Positions 54,630 through 64,000 of a stretch of DNA of 64,000 bases are shown here, in pieces. A program made the position numbers and the translations under genes. The stretch is taken from NCBI GenBank assembly GCA_965231215.1, contig OZ246423.1, positions 1,152,001 to 1,216,000 on the forward strand, written 5' to 3'. Within the stretch, counting starts at the first letter, position 1, and every line of letters begins with the position of its first letter. The notes below the pieces were generated by a model. The model was not told the origin of the DNA and did no database searches. It was given only the letters and a program-made list of their open reading frames with translations. This stretch comes from Candidatus Altimarinota bacterium. GTDB taxonomy: Bacteria > Patescibacteriota > Gracilibacteria > UBA4473.

Positions 54630-56698
54630 TTAGTACGCTTTTGGTAATAAAAAGCAGTAGAGAGCAGGACAATACCCAGGGCAAAGAATGCCAAGAATCT
54701 AACCCAAGCCTCTAGCTGCCAGATATCGACAAGGTAGAGTTTAGCTATCACAAATAAAATAACTCCCAAGCCCATATATCTAAATTTAATCCAGTTTTGA
54801 ACCATCCCAGTAGCCAAAAGAGAAACGCCCCAGAGTAACCATAAAATGGTTCTGGCTGGTTCTTGTGTATTTTCGGCTCCGAATAAGAACACGCTTATAC
54901 TGGCCAGGCCTAAGATTGTATAAATAACCCAATTTTGAGTTTTTGGATTTTGAGGAAGGTCTTTGCCTTCCAAAAAGAAGCTCGCAAGCACAATGAAGTT
55001 TGTAGCCAAAATTAATAGCAGACTAAGAGCCTTAGAGATAGCGTTTCCATCCCCATTTAAGGTGACGCTCCAAACAATAAAATTCATAAAAACCAAAATT
55101 CCAAGTCCCAGCATTCGAGAAATTTCAGATTTAGTTTTGAGTACAGAATAAGCTAATCCCGCAGCCCAAATACATCCTGGAATAAGAGTCACAAATTCTA
55201 AGAGAGGGGAATTTAGTATATCGTTGAGTTCATGGCTCCACTCAATAATCACAATCGTAGAAAGTATAACCGCTGTTATGGCCCAGACTTTATGGGAGAG
55301 TAGTTTTTTCGCCTCTAGAGAAAACCCTAAAGCGCCTATCAAAATAGAGGCTGCAAGCGTTTCCCAAAGGAAGCTGCTCCTGAATTCTTGACTAAATATA
55401 AAAGCCAAAACTAACGCCCCTCGGCCAAAATAAGCAAACACATTTTCATTAGTCCATCGTGCCGCCATAACCATAAGTATTCCTTCCAGCGCTAACACAA
55501 ATATCATCATAAAGTCAGATTCGGCCTTCATTTCCCAGAAGGTAGCAAACAAAATAGAAGTAAGGGTTGCCCCAAGGGTAATTTTGAAGAGGAGCTCCCA
55601 TTTTTGGGATTTAAAGTACTCACTTAAACCATACAGCCCTAGCCCTTGAGCCAGAACAAAGAATCCAAAGTGAGACCAACCTTCATGATCAAAAACCGCA
55701 TAGGCTAATATATTAGCCACCAATAAACTCCCACTAAAGAGGAGCGCCTCTAGACCATCAACACCAGAGAGCTTTGAAATACTTTGGTTTGCTTTAGTTT
55801 TAATAAGTCGAACCAGCCCGCCACTTCCAAGAAGCAAGTGCAGCACATAGATAAATCCAAGTAAAAGGAGCGGGTCAATCAAGTCTTTGTTTTGGGTGAC
55901 TACAATGCCTGTTTCAAAACCAATAATGCCTAAGGCCAGTAGCGCCAAAATTTCAATCCATTGTTTATGGGCCGCTACTACAAATCCACCAGCGGCTAAG
56001 ATGGTTAAAAACCCAAGTAAGCCAACCGCATTTGGCTCCGAGCTATTGGTAAGGAGTGGGGCAATAAGACCGCCTGCAATAGCAAAATTAGCGAGTAATC
56101 GAGAATTATAACGCAGGGCCAAGATCACGCCAGTAGCAACTTCTAAACTGTATAATACCAGGCTTGAGGTGGCACTAATAAATTCATAATGATACCGAGC
56201 TACAAAAGTAACAATAATCAGACTGGTGACTCCACCAGCCGTAATAAAAGGCGCAAACTTTGGATGCTTGCCTCGAATAAATTCCCCAAGGGCTAGTAAT
56301 CCTAAACCAAATATAGCGCCAACTCCTATCTGACCTCTCGGGCCAATGTACCCATTGGCAAAAGCCCACATAGTAAAGAAACCAACAGCTAAAATAATCG
56401 ACAAGGTGCCAAGTATCGCAAAGAACTTTCGTCCCAAAAAATCTTCTAGCTGAAATTCTGATTTTTTAACCACCTTAGAGCTTTTCGTGGTTTTAGCCGT
56501 AACTCTATCGCCTTTTTCCCAGGGAAGATTAATCTCACTTTTGGGTGAGGCTGCTGGAGTTTCAGAAGTTTTAGGAACGGTATTATCTGCTTTTGAGGTA
56601 TGTGTATGAGTTTGATCTTGCAGGGCCTTTACTTTTTTTTGTAAAGACCAAACCCAGATAAATAATGTCACTGTTGCCAAGAAAAGAAGGCCTTCCAT
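54626..56698 (-). CDS. DUF2339 family polytopic membrane protein
   Basis: LEDFLG.K....LG, IGPRGQIGVG, GG..APLL, KLYLVDIWQL...RFLAF..LG..LL..AFYY. Confidence 0.88.
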   Translation of the reverse strand: MEGLLFLATVTLFIWVWSLQKKVKALQDQTHTHTSKADNTVPKTSETPAASPKSEINLPWEKGDRVTAKTTKSSKVVKKSEFQLEDFLGRKFFAILGTLSIILAVGFFTMWAFANGYIGPRGQIGVGAIFGLGLLALGEFIRGKHPKFAPFITAGGVTSLIIVTFVARYHYEFISATSSLVLYSLEVATGVILALRYNSRLLANFAIAGGLIAPLLTNSSEPNAVGLLGFLTILAAGGFVVAAHKQWIEILALLALGIIGFETGIVVTQNKDLIDPLLLLGFIYVLHLLLGSGGLVRLIKTKANQSISKLSGVDGLEALLFSGSLLVANILAYAVFDHEGWSHFGFFVLAQGLGLYGLSEYFKSQKWELLFKITLGATLTSILFATFWEMKAESDFMMIFVLALEGILMVMAARWTNENVFAYFGRGALVLAFIFSQEFRSSFLWETLAASILIGALGFSLEAKKLLSHKVWAITAVILSTIVIIEWSHELNDILNSPLLEFVTLIPGCIWAAGLAYSVLKTKSEISRMLGLGILVFMNFIVWSVTLNGDGNAISKALSLLLILATNFIVLASFFLEGKDLPQNPKTQNWVIYTILGLASISVFLFGAENTQEPARTILWLLWGVSLLATGMVQNWIKFRYMGLGVILFVIAKLYLVDIWQLEAWVRFLAFFALGIVLLSTAFYYQKRTK

Positions 56699-56710
56699 TA
56701 ACCAAGTAAA

Positions 56711-56998
56711 TTAATTATGTTTTTTGAGCCAGTACCAGAGATCTCTTGCTCCAAAATAGCTTTTGAAAGCCCAGTAATTTGCGCCTAAAAAGCCAACACT
56801 CAGCACCAATAGAAGGCACCAAGTAGGAGCGAACCATTTTGGAAATACAAAAAATTGAAGCCCTAATACCAAAACCATTAAAAAAAGAGCCAACACATTC
56901 CCCCCTATAACGAGGGCAACCATATAGGTATCTTCATTGTACTTGGGTTTGGTCATTTTGTTTTTTATCATTCTATAGCTTTTTGGGTGGCAAAACAA
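56711..56998 (-). CDS. Small two-TM membrane protein (start uncertain)
   Basis: Two hydrophobic helices; lies in operon between fmt and the DUF2339 gene. Confidence 0.6.
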   Translation of the reverse strand: MFCHPKSYRMIKNKMTKPKYNEDTYMVALVIGGNVLALFLMVLVLGLQFFVFPKWFAPTWCLLLVLSVGFLGANYWAFKSYFGARDLWYWLKKHN

Positions 56999-57878
56999 AG
57001 ATTTTAGGATGGCCTCTTAATATTTCATTAATAGGCATAGGCGTTTTGCCAGGCAGTTGAGCTTCTTGAATAAAAATATGGCTAGCGTCTTTACACGGAA
57101 GCAAATGATCATTTCCTTGTGTATGCTTTGATATTTTTTTGAGCTTCATGGCTCCAGCAGTTGTCTCCAAAAAAATCCCTGGCCAAGGATCAAACGCTAA
57201 ATATTTTTGATAAATGGTAGTAGCAGATTCCTCATAGGGATGAATTTCCCCATCTGATTTTTTAAACTTTGTACAAAACGTCGCCTCATCTTCATTTTGT
57301 GGTTGAGCCTTCAGTTGTTTCTTGAAGTAGGATTCTAAAAATTCAGGGAAGTAGGTAGCGGTCTCTTGAGCAAAAAATTCCCAAAGGGTGCCCGTGGTTT
57401 TATTTTTAATTTCATATTCTTTCTGAAAGTAGACATCTCCGGCATCTAATTCAGCTACCATTCGCTGCCAGGTAATTCCCGAAATCGTATCACCATTTAG
57501 GAGAGCACTCTGTACTGGTGAAGCTCCACGGTACTGTGGGAGCAGTGAGAAGTGAACATTAATCACTCCCATCTGAGGAATATGCAAAATGCTCTCGGGG
57601 AAAATCATCCCAAAGGCAATCACAATACCCAGGTCAAAATCTTGAGTTTCAAATAATTTCACCAACCTATCTTTATCTTCAATCTCAAAAAGAGGAAGTT
57701 CTAATTCCTCGGCTACAACTTTAACGGGGCAGGGAGTTAGTTTTTGTTTTCTTCCAACGGGCTTGTCAGGCAGTACGCCTACCCCTACTATTTCAACACT
57801 TGTATCTTTGACTAAAGCTTCAAGTGATGGCACGGCAATTTCAGGCGTTCCAAAGAAGAAAATTTTTTTTCGTATCAT
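56973..57878 (-). CDS. fmt: Methionyl-tRNA formyltransferase
   Basis: FFGTPE, PDKPVGR, INVHFSLLPQYRGASP, LDAGD. Confidence 0.96.
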   Translation of the reverse strand: MIRKKIFFFGTPEIAVPSLEALVKDTSVEIVGVGVLPDKPVGRKQKLTPCPVKVVAEELELPLFEIEDKDRLVKLFETQDFDLGIVIAFGMIFPESILHIPQMGVINVHFSLLPQYRGASPVQSALLNGDTISGITWQRMVAELDAGDVYFQKEYEIKNKTTGTLWEFFAQETATYFPEFLESYFKKQLKAQPQNEDEATFCTKFKKSDGEIHPYEESATTIYQKYLAFDPWPGIFLETTAGAMKLKKISKHTQGNDHLLPCKDASHIFIQEAQLPGKTPMPINEILRGHPKIFVLPPKKL

Positions 57879-57898
57879 GCTGGTATTATTATAGAGTC

Positions 57899-58522
57899 AT
57901 GCAGTTGAATTTAAAAGTGATTGAGGAAGTTCGAAAAGCGCAGAAATATTTGGTAGTGGTTACTAAATATTTAGACAAAAACACCACCGACACGATACTG
58001 TCTGAGTTACAAACCTATAGTGAAGTTATTGGAGTAGGGGAGAACCGCACAGAAACCCTAGCCGTAAAAAATCTTCCTAAAAAATGGGTTCACTATATTG
58101 GCCGAATTCAGTCACGCAAAATCCCAGAAATTATAGCACACTGTTCTGTGGTTCATAGTTTGGCGCACATAAAGCATGCCAAAATTTTTTCAGAAAAATT
58201 AGGAACTCAAACCTTAGATTTTTTTATTCAGGTAAACGTTTCGGGTGATCCACACAAAGAGGGGATTGCCCCTCAAGAATTACCGGATTTTTTAGAGGCT
58301 ATCTCCGAATTTAAAAATCTAAACATTAGAGGCCTTAGTGCTATGGGATGGGGTGATTTTTCAACTAATCAAAAACGAAAAGAGTTTCAAGATCTTATAG
58401 ATTTGAAAAATCAATACCTGCCAAATACAAAAACCTCAGCCGGTACTTCGCGGGATTATCCTATAGCCTTAGAAGCCGGAATAGATATAGTGAGGGTAGG
58501 ACAAGCTTGTTTTATGGATTGA
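57899..58522 (+). CDS. yggS: PLP homeostasis protein (YggS family)
   Basis: VVVTK, GENR, HYIGRIQSRK, QVN...K.G, GTSRDY...VRVG. Confidence 0.92.
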   Translation: MQLNLKVIEEVRKAQKYLVVVTKYLDKNTTDTILSELQTYSEVIGVGENRTETLAVKNLPKKWVHYIGRIQSRKIPEIIAHCSVVHSLAHIKHAKIFSEKLGTQTLDFFIQVNVSGDPHKEGIAPQELPDFLEAISEFKNLNIRGLSAMGWGDFSTNQKRKEFQDLIDLKNQYLPNTKTSAGTSRDYPIALEAGIDIVRVGQACFMD

Positions 58523-58559
58523 GACATTCCTTTTTGACCAAATTTGTTTTTTTTACTAT

Positions 58560-59474
58560 ATGTCGAATGTCATGCCAAAAGCTCAAACTCCAAAGTTTAA
58601 ATCAGTAGCTATCTACTGTCACCACAAACCTGAAAAAGAAAAGGCAGAAGCGGCCTTTATGCGTGATATGCTTCGTTTTTTTCATGCACAAGGGATCAAA
58701 CAAATTCATGGAGACGTGCGTACAGTTTCTATGATGCACAATGTTATTGGTATGATTGATGATGAAAAAAAATATGATCTAAAGATTGGCATAGGAGGGG
58801 ATGGAACCCTCCTCAAGATGATGCGGACATTGCAAAAAAAAGATGGTCTTCTTTTGGGGATTAACTTTGGGACACTCGGGTTTTTGTCTGAGCTCAACCC
58901 AGATAACGCGATGAAAGGGTTAGAAAAAATTTTTAAAGGAGACTTTAATATAGACCAAAGAATGCTTATCAAAGGGTTTGTCTTTAGAAAGGATGCTAAA
59001 GGCAAAAAACAAAAAGTTTTTAGAGCTTACGGATTAAATGAGATTGTATTTGGGCACGGGGGACAGGCTCGTCTGACTAATTTTAACGTCAAAATTAATC
59101 GTCGATTTCTTTCTACCTACCGGAGTGATGGTTTGATTTTTTCAACGCCAACAGGCTCTACTGCTTATTCTATGAGTGCTGGAGGCCCCATTATGTCGCC
59201 AAGACTATCAGCGCTTTCCATTACGCCTGTAGCTCCACACAGATTAAGCCATAGGCCGATTGTACTGCCTGGAGAAAGTATTATTCACATGAATTTTGAC
59301 GCTCGAGTAGACGCTATCAGTATGACCATTGATGGTCAGATTCATTTCTCACTGAAATCTACGGATGAAATCACACTCCAAAGAGCCACACGTACAGCCA
59401 AATTTATAAGGCTTCGCGAATCTCACTATTTTCGAACGCTGAGAAATAAACTTGGATGGGGGGAAAAAGGGTAG
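58560..59474 (+). CDS. nadK: NAD kinase
   Basis: GGDGT, GINFGTLGFL, LNE, TPTGSTAYSMSAGGP. Confidence 0.96.
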   Translation: MSNVMPKAQTPKFKSVAIYCHHKPEKEKAEAAFMRDMLRFFHAQGIKQIHGDVRTVSMMHNVIGMIDDEKKYDLKIGIGGDGTLLKMMRTLQKKDGLLLGINFGTLGFLSELNPDNAMKGLEKIFKGDFNIDQRMLIKGFVFRKDAKGKKQKVFRAYGLNEIVFGHGGQARLTNFNVKINRRFLSTYRSDGLIFSTPTGSTAYSMSAGGPIMSPRLSALSITPVAPHRLSHRPIVLPGESIIHMNFDARVDAISMTIDGQIHFSLKSTDEITLQRATRTAKFIRLRESHYFRTLRNKLGWGEKG

Positions 59475-59489
59475 GATTTTTGAAAATAC

Positions 59490-60410
59490 CTAAACTTTCA
59501 AATGGGGGATAATCTGTTTTTTCCGAGAGACAATTCCCGGCAGTATGACCGTGTCCCCTTCAACAGTGCAATTGAAGGATTTTTCGGCCATTTGTTTAGT
59601 CGCTTCATTGGGCACTAATAAAGTGGCTTGTTCATTGAGAATATCTATGATGAAAAGAAAAGCTTGTTCTAGGTTTTCTTTTTCACAGACACTTGCCTGA
59701 GCCGCCATTAAAGCTTCTTTTCGGTCAAGTAAGACTTTAGGGGCAGCGGTTTCTAGCACACCAACTCGGTACAGAGAACCAGAAAATTCCGCCACTTTAC
59801 TGTCCATAGTGACAAGTGCTTCATCAGAGAAGCCTGAAATATCAGATTTAGCTTCAAACATTTTATTAGCATACTCATTGATATCTATACCCAAGCTGTG
59901 GGCTAGTCCCGAAGCTAAGGTTTCATCAAATTGAGTTGTAGTAGGACTTCTAAATTTAAGCGTATCGGATAGAACACATGATAGCATTAACCCTTTAATG
60001 GGCTCAGGAACATCATCCATATGATCAGTCATAAGGTAAGCAAAAACAGAAGCTGTTGAAGCTATAGGTCTAATAGTAACATTTACTACATACGAAGTCT
60101 TTATATTCCCGAGGAGTCTATGGTGGTCAATGATTTGTAAAATTTCACTCTGTGCTAAACCATCAGGGAGTTCTTCAGCATTATTAGTATCCACAATAAC
60201 GACTTGATCTCCTTTCCCCACAGATTCAATAATTTCAGGCGCCTCAACTTTCCAGTAATCTAGAACGAATTTAGTTTCGGGATTAAGTTCTCCCAAAACA
60301 TAAGGAGTGGCTGGTTTTTTTAGAATCTCGGAATAGTACCAAGCCCCGATTATGGCTGAACCTGTTGCATCCGTATCAGGAGATTTGTGACCGAAAATTT
60401 TAATTGTCAT
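59490..60410 (-). CDS. ppaC: Mn-dependent inorganic pyrophosphatase (family II)
   Basis: GHKSPDTD, IDHH, SDTLKFRSPTTT, SRKKQI. Confidence 0.96.
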   Translation of the reverse strand: MTIKIFGHKSPDTDATGSAIIGAWYYSEILKKPATPYVLGELNPETKFVLDYWKVEAPEIIESVGKGDQVVIVDTNNAEELPDGLAQSEILQIIDHHRLLGNIKTSYVVNVTIRPIASTASVFAYLMTDHMDDVPEPIKGLMLSCVLSDTLKFRSPTTTQFDETLASGLAHSLGIDINEYANKMFEAKSDISGFSDEALVTMDSKVAEFSGSLYRVGVLETAAPKVLLDRKEALMAAQASVCEKENLEQAFLFIIDILNEQATLLVPNEATKQMAEKSFNCTVEGDTVILPGIVSRKKQIIPHLKV

Positions 60411-60523
60411 TTGTGTAAATAATTCATTTTAATATGGTGGCTTTCCTCAGGTTGGATCAAACACAACCCACATGATTCTATTTTTTATCAGACTCTGAGC
60501 AAGCCCGAGTGTTGTTTGCAAAT

Positions 60524-61684
60524 TTAACTCTTCAGAACTTCAATCCCTGGTAAATCCTTGCCTTCCAAAAATTCAAGCATGGCCCCACCTCCAGTCGAAA
60601 CATGCGTAAAAGCGGTTTTATCCACTCCAAATTTTTTAAGTGCGTCCAGCGTATCTCCGCCACCTAAAATGGTTTGAGCTGATTTTTGAGCGGCAATGAC
60701 CTTGAGGATATCGCGGGTGCCATCAGCAAAGCTTTGGAATTCAAAACACCCAAGAGGGCCGTTCCAAATGATGGTTTTACTGTGATTCAAAATTTCTTGA
60801 TAACTTTTTACTGTGTGTGGACCGATATCAAAAATTTTCATATTCCCCATAACATCTTCACTCGGGACAATCACACGATCTAAGCTTTCCATAGCCTCAC
60901 CACAAACCACATCAATGGGCAGATGAAAACCCGTTTTGTTTTTTTGGGCTAGTTTTAAAATTTTTCGAGCAATTTCATGCTGTTCTTCTTCCTGAAAGCT
61001 TTCCCCAACATTAAACCCCTGAGCTGCCAAAAAAGTATTAGCTAGAGCTCCCCCAATAAGAATATTGCTAGCGGTTTTAGCAAAATGTTCTAATACTTTT
61101 ACTTTGGTTTCAATTTTGGCGCCGCCAATAACAACCGTAAGGCCTTCAATGCGCTTCTCAGAGAGAAAAGGGGAGAGGTGTTCAATTTCTTTTTGGAGTA
61201 AAAATCCAGGGTAGGCAGGCAGAAAGCTGGCCAGGCCAATTACCGAAGCATGGCCTCTATGAGAAACGGCAAACCCATCATTGATAAATATATCAGCACC
61301 AAGGCCTAGTAGTTGTTGTGTGAAGGCTGGATCGTTCTTTTTTTCACCGGCATAAAATCGCATATTTTCATGAAGCTGAATTTTTTCCTTCCCGGCCTTG
61401 AGGTTTTCTTGAAATTTGACGTTTGCACCTAGTAATTTTTCGAGTTCAGAGATAACTACTTTGAGTGAAAACTTTGGATCTGGTTCTCCTTTTGGTCTAC
61501 CAAGGTGAGAAAGGATATGAATCTGTTTAGCCCCGTTATCTAGGCAATATTTTAGAGTTGGGATGGATGCTTCAATTCGAGTATTTTCAGAAACTTTTCC
61601 ATTATCTACCGGTACGTTGAAATCAACGCGGATGGCAATGACCTTATCTTTAACCACGTCGGGGGTGAGGCGTTTTATGTGCAT
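60524..61684 (-). CDS. pgk: Phosphoglycerate kinase
   Basis: RVDFNVP, SHLGRP, GGAK, WNGP, GGGDT, STGGGA; start moved to ATG 61684. Confidence 0.98.
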   Translation of the reverse strand: MHIKRLTPDVVKDKVIAIRVDFNVPVDNGKVSENTRIEASIPTLKYCLDNGAKQIHILSHLGRPKGEPDPKFSLKVVISELEKLLGANVKFQENLKAGKEKIQLHENMRFYAGEKKNDPAFTQQLLGLGADIFINDGFAVSHRGHASVIGLASFLPAYPGFLLQKEIEHLSPFLSEKRIEGLTVVIGGAKIETKVKVLEHFAKTASNILIGGALANTFLAAQGFNVGESFQEEEQHEIARKILKLAQKNKTGFHLPIDVVCGEAMESLDRVIVPSEDVMGNMKIFDIGPHTVKSYQEILNHSKTIIWNGPLGCFEFQSFADGTRDILKVIAAQKSAQTILGGGDTLDALKKFGVDKTAFTHVSTGGGAMLEFLEGKDLPGIEVLKS

Positions 61685-61746
61685 GAGAGATATAATAATC
61701 AAATCATGCAAATTCTAAGAATTGTTTACTCTAAGGCAAAATAAAA

Positions 61747-61914
61747 CTAAGTTTCGGTAGATTCTATTTCATCGGCTAAATTAGCCAGCTCTTCGTCTAG
61801 CTCTCGCTCGGCATCATATTTGGAGGATTCTTGCTCTTCTTGCGATTGATTATAAAAGCTCATGGTTTTTTGAGCCACTTCTTTTGCAATTTGAGCTTTT
61901 GCTTTAGTATCCAT
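61747..61914 (-). CDS. Small acidic hypothetical protein
   Basis: 55 aa, ATG 4 nt after the upstream stop; helical and acidic. Confidence 0.55.
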   Translation of the reverse strand: MDTKAKAQIAKEVAQKTMSFYNQSQEEQESSKYDAERELDEELANLADEIESTET

Positions 61915-61918
61915 TTTT

Positions 61919-64000
61919 TTATGTACTGAGTGTATTGAAGGCTGACCAGTCAATACTATTCATATCTACTTTGGCGGCGGCCCCTTGAGTTTTTGGACCG
62001 ATAGTTCCATCAACTGGGATTTTTTCTCCATCAGGAAGTCCTTGATTAAGAGCTGTTTGATAAGCTTCATTAATAGCTCTCACTTGGATGGGTGTTCGAG
62101 CTTCGATTCCAAAAATTTTCCCAAGAGCCGTCGCCGTATCGAGGGAGTTAAGTCGCTTCTCGCTAAAATCTGTAGTGAAGGTTGCTAACTCACTTCTAAT
62201 AGCCGGAGTAATGGTTAATGGTGGTTTGTTAATGGTGGCAGTTAGATCAATCTTTTTCCAGTCAACGCTTTTTAGGGTTTCTCGGCTGTTTGGGCCAAGA
62301 ACTCCATCAGCCGGTTCAATACCAGTAGAGAGTTGAATTTGTTTTGCAATTTTTGTTCTAATAGCGTCTCCAACTGGCCCAGCTGGAATATTTTTAATAC
62401 CTAATTGGAGGGCGATTCCCTCAACCATAGCACTAGAAGTAGTGGCTTCAGTGGCTAGTTTGGTTACGGCTTCGGCAAATTCTGGAGAAGAAACATCTGT
62501 CTGCTCTAATCGTGCCAGAGAAAGTTTAGCGACTTGCATAGACTCAAATCCAAATTTTCCATCAGATAAAAGAGCCATTTGTTGTGAAGTCAATTCGATT
62601 CCACTTGCCTCAAGATCGGCTCGGAAAATTTCTTGGATTTTTGTTCCAAATCTCAAAGATTCACTGCCTTCGGCATAAGCGGCTTCACCCATCTCTAATC
62701 CTTCGATACCATAAAGTTTTGCAATTTCGGCATTAATTTTGTGCCATTCTCGGAAAGCACTTTCTCTGTCTGGGTATTTTTCAAAAATTTCAAGAATCTC
62801 AGCTCTTTTCCCTCGGATAATTTCACCTGTGAGGTTTTCTGTCAGAACCGCCAGCTTGGTTTCTGGATCTGGAGCGGCGTCAATTCTCGCCTGAATTTCA
62901 TCTGAAACGACTAAGGCCTCCGCTAGTGGAGGAATATTGGTAGCAATACGTCCAGCTTCAAATGCATGAATTGGATGGATACCAGCTTTAACTACTGGAG
63001 GGACTTCACCACCGTCAGATCTTCTAAGGTCAGGAATTCTAAAGTTGTCATTCGCCGCTTCAAGCCTTTGAGCTTCCTGTGCTCTAGCTGTTTCTATAAG
63101 CCGACTGTCAGAAGCGGTATCTAAATGCCGAGCTTCCTTAGTACCAGCTGTAGAAATAAGAGGATTCTCAATTCTTTGATTGTCATTCGCCGCTTCAAGA
63201 GCTTGCATAGATTTGGCGTCAGCCGTTCTGGAAGCTTTTAGTTGTTCCAGTCTTTTAGCATCAGCGGCTCTTCTAGCGGCCGCTTGTTCTTCGAGTAATT
63301 TTCGATAAGCCATCATAGATTCGGCATCCGCTTTTTGCATCATTCGTAGTTGTTCGACTCTCCGGGCGGCGGCTTCTTGCTCGAGAAGTTTATGGTAATC
63401 GGCCATAGATTCGGCGTTAGCCGTTCTGGAAGCTTTTAGTTGTTCCAGTCTTTTAGCGTCAGCCGCTCTTCTAGCGGCCGCTTTTTCTTCGAGTAGTTTT
63501 CGATAAGCGGTCATAGACTCAGCATTGGCGGTTTTAAAAGCTTGAGACTCGTGAGTTCTTCGCGCAGCCGCTTGTTCTTCAAGCAGCTTATTATAAGCGG
63601 CCATAGACTCAGCGTCGGCTTGACGTACAAGTTTCATTTGCTCAGCTCTTCGAGCCGCGGCTTGTTGTTCAATGAATTCTTCATAACGAGCCATAGATTC
63701 GGCGTCTGCTTCAGTAAAAGCTTTTCTTTCTGCGGCGATCCGGTCTGCATTTTGTTTTTCAAGAAAGCGATTGTAGTCCGCCATAGAGTCTGCCTCTGCG
63801 TTTTGGAAGAGTCGTAATTCGGCTTCTCTTTTAGCTCGTAATTCGGCTTCCTCAATTCTTTGGAGAGAGGCGATTTGATCATCTAAACCATCCGGTTTTC
63901 CAGTATTTATATTTACGACGTTATCTCGAGGCGGAGGAGTTTCCATTCTTGGGGGTGGATCAGCTCGATGAACAGGCGTAATGCCATCACCAACAGCTCG
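61919..64000 (-). CDS. Large repeat-rich helical protein with C-terminal peptidoglycan-binding-like motifs (5'-truncated by window)
   Basis: Frame open to the window edge; ~22-aa ADAESMAxYxxLLEEQAAARR repeats; ADGVLGPNSRETL and VDGTIGPKTQGA. Confidence 0.75.
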   Translation of the reverse strand, partial: RAVGDGITPVHRADPPPRMETPPPRDNVVNINTGKPDGLDDQIASLQRIEEAELRAKREAELRLFQNAEADSMADYNRFLEKQNADRIAAERKAFTEADAESMARYEEFIEQQAAARRAEQMKLVRQADAESMAAYNKLLEEQAAARRTHESQAFKTANAESMTAYRKLLEEKAAARRAADAKRLEQLKASRTANAESMADYHKLLEQEAAARRVEQLRMMQKADAESMMAYRKLLEEQAAARRAADAKRLEQLKASRTADAKSMQALEAANDNQRIENPLISTAGTKEARHLDTASDSRLIETARAQEAQRLEAANDNFRIPDLRRSDGGEVPPVVKAGIHPIHAFEAGRIATNIPPLAEALVVSDEIQARIDAAPDPETKLAVLTENLTGEIIRGKRAEILEIFEKYPDRESAFREWHKINAEIAKLYGIEGLEMGEAAYAEGSESLRFGTKIQEIFRADLEASGIELTSQQMALLSDGKFGFESMQVAKLSLARLEQTDVSSPEFAEAVTKLATEATTSSAMVEGIALQLGIKNIPAGPVGDAIRTKIAKQIQLSTGIEPADGVLGPNSRETLKSVDWKKIDLTATINKPPLTITPAIRSELATFTTDFSEKRLNSLDTATALGKIFGIEARTPIQVRAINEAYQTALNQGLPDGEKIPVDGTIGPKTQGAAAKVDMNSIDWSAFNTLST
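63221..63508. repeat. Intragenic 198-bp-period duplication
   Basis: AGCCGTTCTGGAAGCTTTTAGTTGTTCCAGTCTTTTAGC at 63221 and 63419. Confidence 0.85.

Noticed and set aside
1-64000. Genetic code 25 (UGA=Gly), as in Gracilibacteria sensu stricto
   Set aside because: Conserved genes are full length in code 11, several end at TGA, prfB is present and the tRNA-Gly anticodon is TCC
1-64000. CRISPR array or cas genes
   Set aside because: All long repeats are in-frame and intragenic; no repeat-spacer pattern or Cas motifs seen

Overview
Gene-dense, AT-rich bacterial chromosome segment. Gene content (SLH proteins, stand-alone 5'-3' exonuclease, ftsA-ftsZ without ftsQ, many ORFans) suggests Patescibacteria/CPR, probably Peregrinibacteria/Gracilibacteria-like; this is an inference. 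An intact prfB and TGA-terminated genes indicate genetic code 11. Housekeeping genes include folD, tmk, folP, tkt, sua5/tsaC, rsmH, yebC, prfB, ftsZ, ftsA, lepB, nrdAB, uppP, maf, fmt, yggS, nadK, ppaC, pgk, tRNA-Gly(TCC) and tRNA-Leu(TAG). Two features stand out. (1) An unannotated ~600-nt, densely base-paired + strand element at ~29.41-30.02 kb with a possible kissing-loop, a candidate large ncRNA. (2) An 11.3-kb cluster of five secreted fibre-like proteins right after rsmH-ftsL, built from shuffled shared modules with different tips; one looks like a polyprotein with an internal signal peptide. Also notable: a decayed island at tRNA-Gly with an Mrr-type pseudogene missing from the ORF track, a Chlamydia-type class Ic (Mn/Fe) RNR with tandem NrdR boxes, an acyl-lipid desaturase, an SLH/pacifastin-like/thioredoxin fusion, a FEN-type exonuclease with a clamp-binding tail, and frequent leaderless promoter geometry. 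All calls come from reading motifs by eye; no database searches were run.
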